Origin: an uncultured Alphaproteobacteria bacterium
Lineage (GTDB): Bacteria > Pseudomonadota > Alphaproteobacteria > Rs-D84
NCBI GenBank assembly: GCA_947053455.1
Contig: CAMRSV010000014.1
Span: 1-17,685 of the forward strand
Reading direction: 5' to 3'
Length of the DNA: 17,685 nucleotides
The notes under the pieces were generated by a model that saw only the letters and a list, made by a program, of their open reading frames with translations, made no database searches and was not told the origin of the DNA. How positions within the stretch are numbered: the first letter of the stretch is position 1; each line of letters starts with the position of its first letter. Both the position numbers and the translations under genes were made by a program. Shown one piece after another: positions 17,165-17,685 of the stretch.

Positions 17165-17416
17165 ATGCAACAAAATAACAATCAGATAAATGAACGCTAT
17201 TTGCGGAACAGGGCATTGGCCAACTATCTGCTGGTGGCAACATTGGCGGGTGCAATGGCGATTTGTGCCGGCATGTGGATGCGGACGGAAATGACGCACG
17301 AAGACGCAATGAATCATGAAAAAATAAATCAAATTGATAAGGTGCGCCAATCTTATGAACAACAGCAAAAACAACTAAAAAGCATTGTTAAAAACATAAA
17401 GCAGCATAACAAATAA
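17165..17416 (+). CDS. Small single-pass membrane protein with coiled-coil-like tail
   Basis: SD GAGGTG; TM segment ALANYLLVATLAGAMAICAGMWM; Q/K-rich helical C-terminus. Confidence 0.75.
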   Translation: MQQNNNQINERYLRNRALANYLLVATLAGAMAICAGMWMRTEMTHEDAMNHEKINQIDKVRQSYEQQQKQLKSIVKNIKQHNK

Positions 17417-17418
17417 AT

Positions 17419-17446
17419 TTGCATCCACTAATTTTTATGATATAAT
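17419..17446 (+). promoter_or_regulatory. Strong sigma70 promoter upstream of the structured leader
   Basis: TTGCAT (17419-17424), 16 nt spacer, extended -10 TGaTATAAT (-10 hexamer 17441-17446). Confidence 0.75.
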
Positions 17447-17449
17447 GCG

Positions 17450-17620
17450 TATCGCAAAGGGAAACCGGCGCAAGGGTGTAGAAACCCACCAGTGTGTCTG
17501 AAAGGACATAAAATAAAAACTCCATTGGTTGGAGGCTTGCGATATATCTAAATAAGCAAGACTATCACTGGTAGTTTCTAACCTCCAGCCGTTTGGTTTT
17601 TCCAAACGGCGTTTGTTTAA
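17450..17620 (+). ncRNA. Unassigned structured RNA (cis-regulatory leader/attenuator or sRNA)
   Basis: Multiple complementary segments between a promoter and a terminator-like hairpin, with no ORF; see findings. Confidence 0.6.
17588..17618 (+). terminator. Terminator-like hairpin within the leader
   Basis: GCCGTTTGG (17588-17596) / TTTTT / CCAAACGGC (17602-17610), followed by an imperfect U-tract GTTTGTTT. Confidence 0.65.
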
Positions 17621-17641
17621 CCAAAAACATGGAGTGAAAAA

Positions 17642-17685
17642 ATGGCTGCATTAACAATGAAGGCATGGCAAATCGGCAAATCGCT
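17642..17685 (+). CDS. 5' end of a downstream CDS, truncated (MAALTMKAWQIGKS...)
   Basis: SD GGAG at 17631-17634, ATG at 17642, frame open to the window end; not identifiable. Confidence 0.65.
   Translation, partial: MAALTMKAWQIGKS

Noticed and set aside
16681-17189. Small ORFs 16681-16905 (minus) and 16995-17189 (plus)
   Set aside because: They overlap the RNase P RNA gene and its terminator.
17455-17500. Resemblance of the leader to ZTP (ACYGGCG..GGTG..CCACC), cobalamin (AGGGAA.CCGG) or yybP-ykoY (GCAAGAC) riboswitches
   Set aside because: The required partner elements (CGCCTGGGC pseudoknot; CCGCAACTG and the B12 box; GGGGAGTAG) are absent.
1-17685. CRISPR arrays, IS/transposases, integrases, prophage genes, tRNA/rRNA, alternative genetic code
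   Set aside because: No spaced direct repeats, terminal inverted repeats, such protein motifs or cloverleaf signatures were seen; conserved genes end normally at TAA/TGA.

Overview
Bacterial chromosomal window, standard genetic code, probably from a reduced-genome alphaproteobacterium. The XRE regulator is alpha-type and the large Cys-rich exported proteins recall uncultured gut Rs-D84/'Ca. Enterousia'-like genomes; this taxonomy is my recollection and inference, not a search result. Housekeeping genes are gpmI, secA, dnaE, rsmH and the RNase P RNA gene rnpB. Interspersed are an XRE regulator, an APH-fold kinase, three Cys-rich exported proteins, a CxxC membrane protein plus Cys-Cys soluble protein pair, and small hypothetical ORFs, with clear sigma70-type promoters and intrinsic terminators. 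The most notable signals are: (1) a structured ~190-nt leader at 17450-17620 with mutually exclusive pairings and a terminator that I cannot assign to a known riboswitch class; (2) a G12 tract that appears to frameshift off the C-terminal tail of an exported protein; (3) a type-A RNase P RNA lacking P13/P14 with a vestigial P12; (4) a candidate thiol-redox or metal-handling two-gene module beside the Cys-rich proteins. I saw no mobile elements, CRISPR arrays, tRNA or rRNA.
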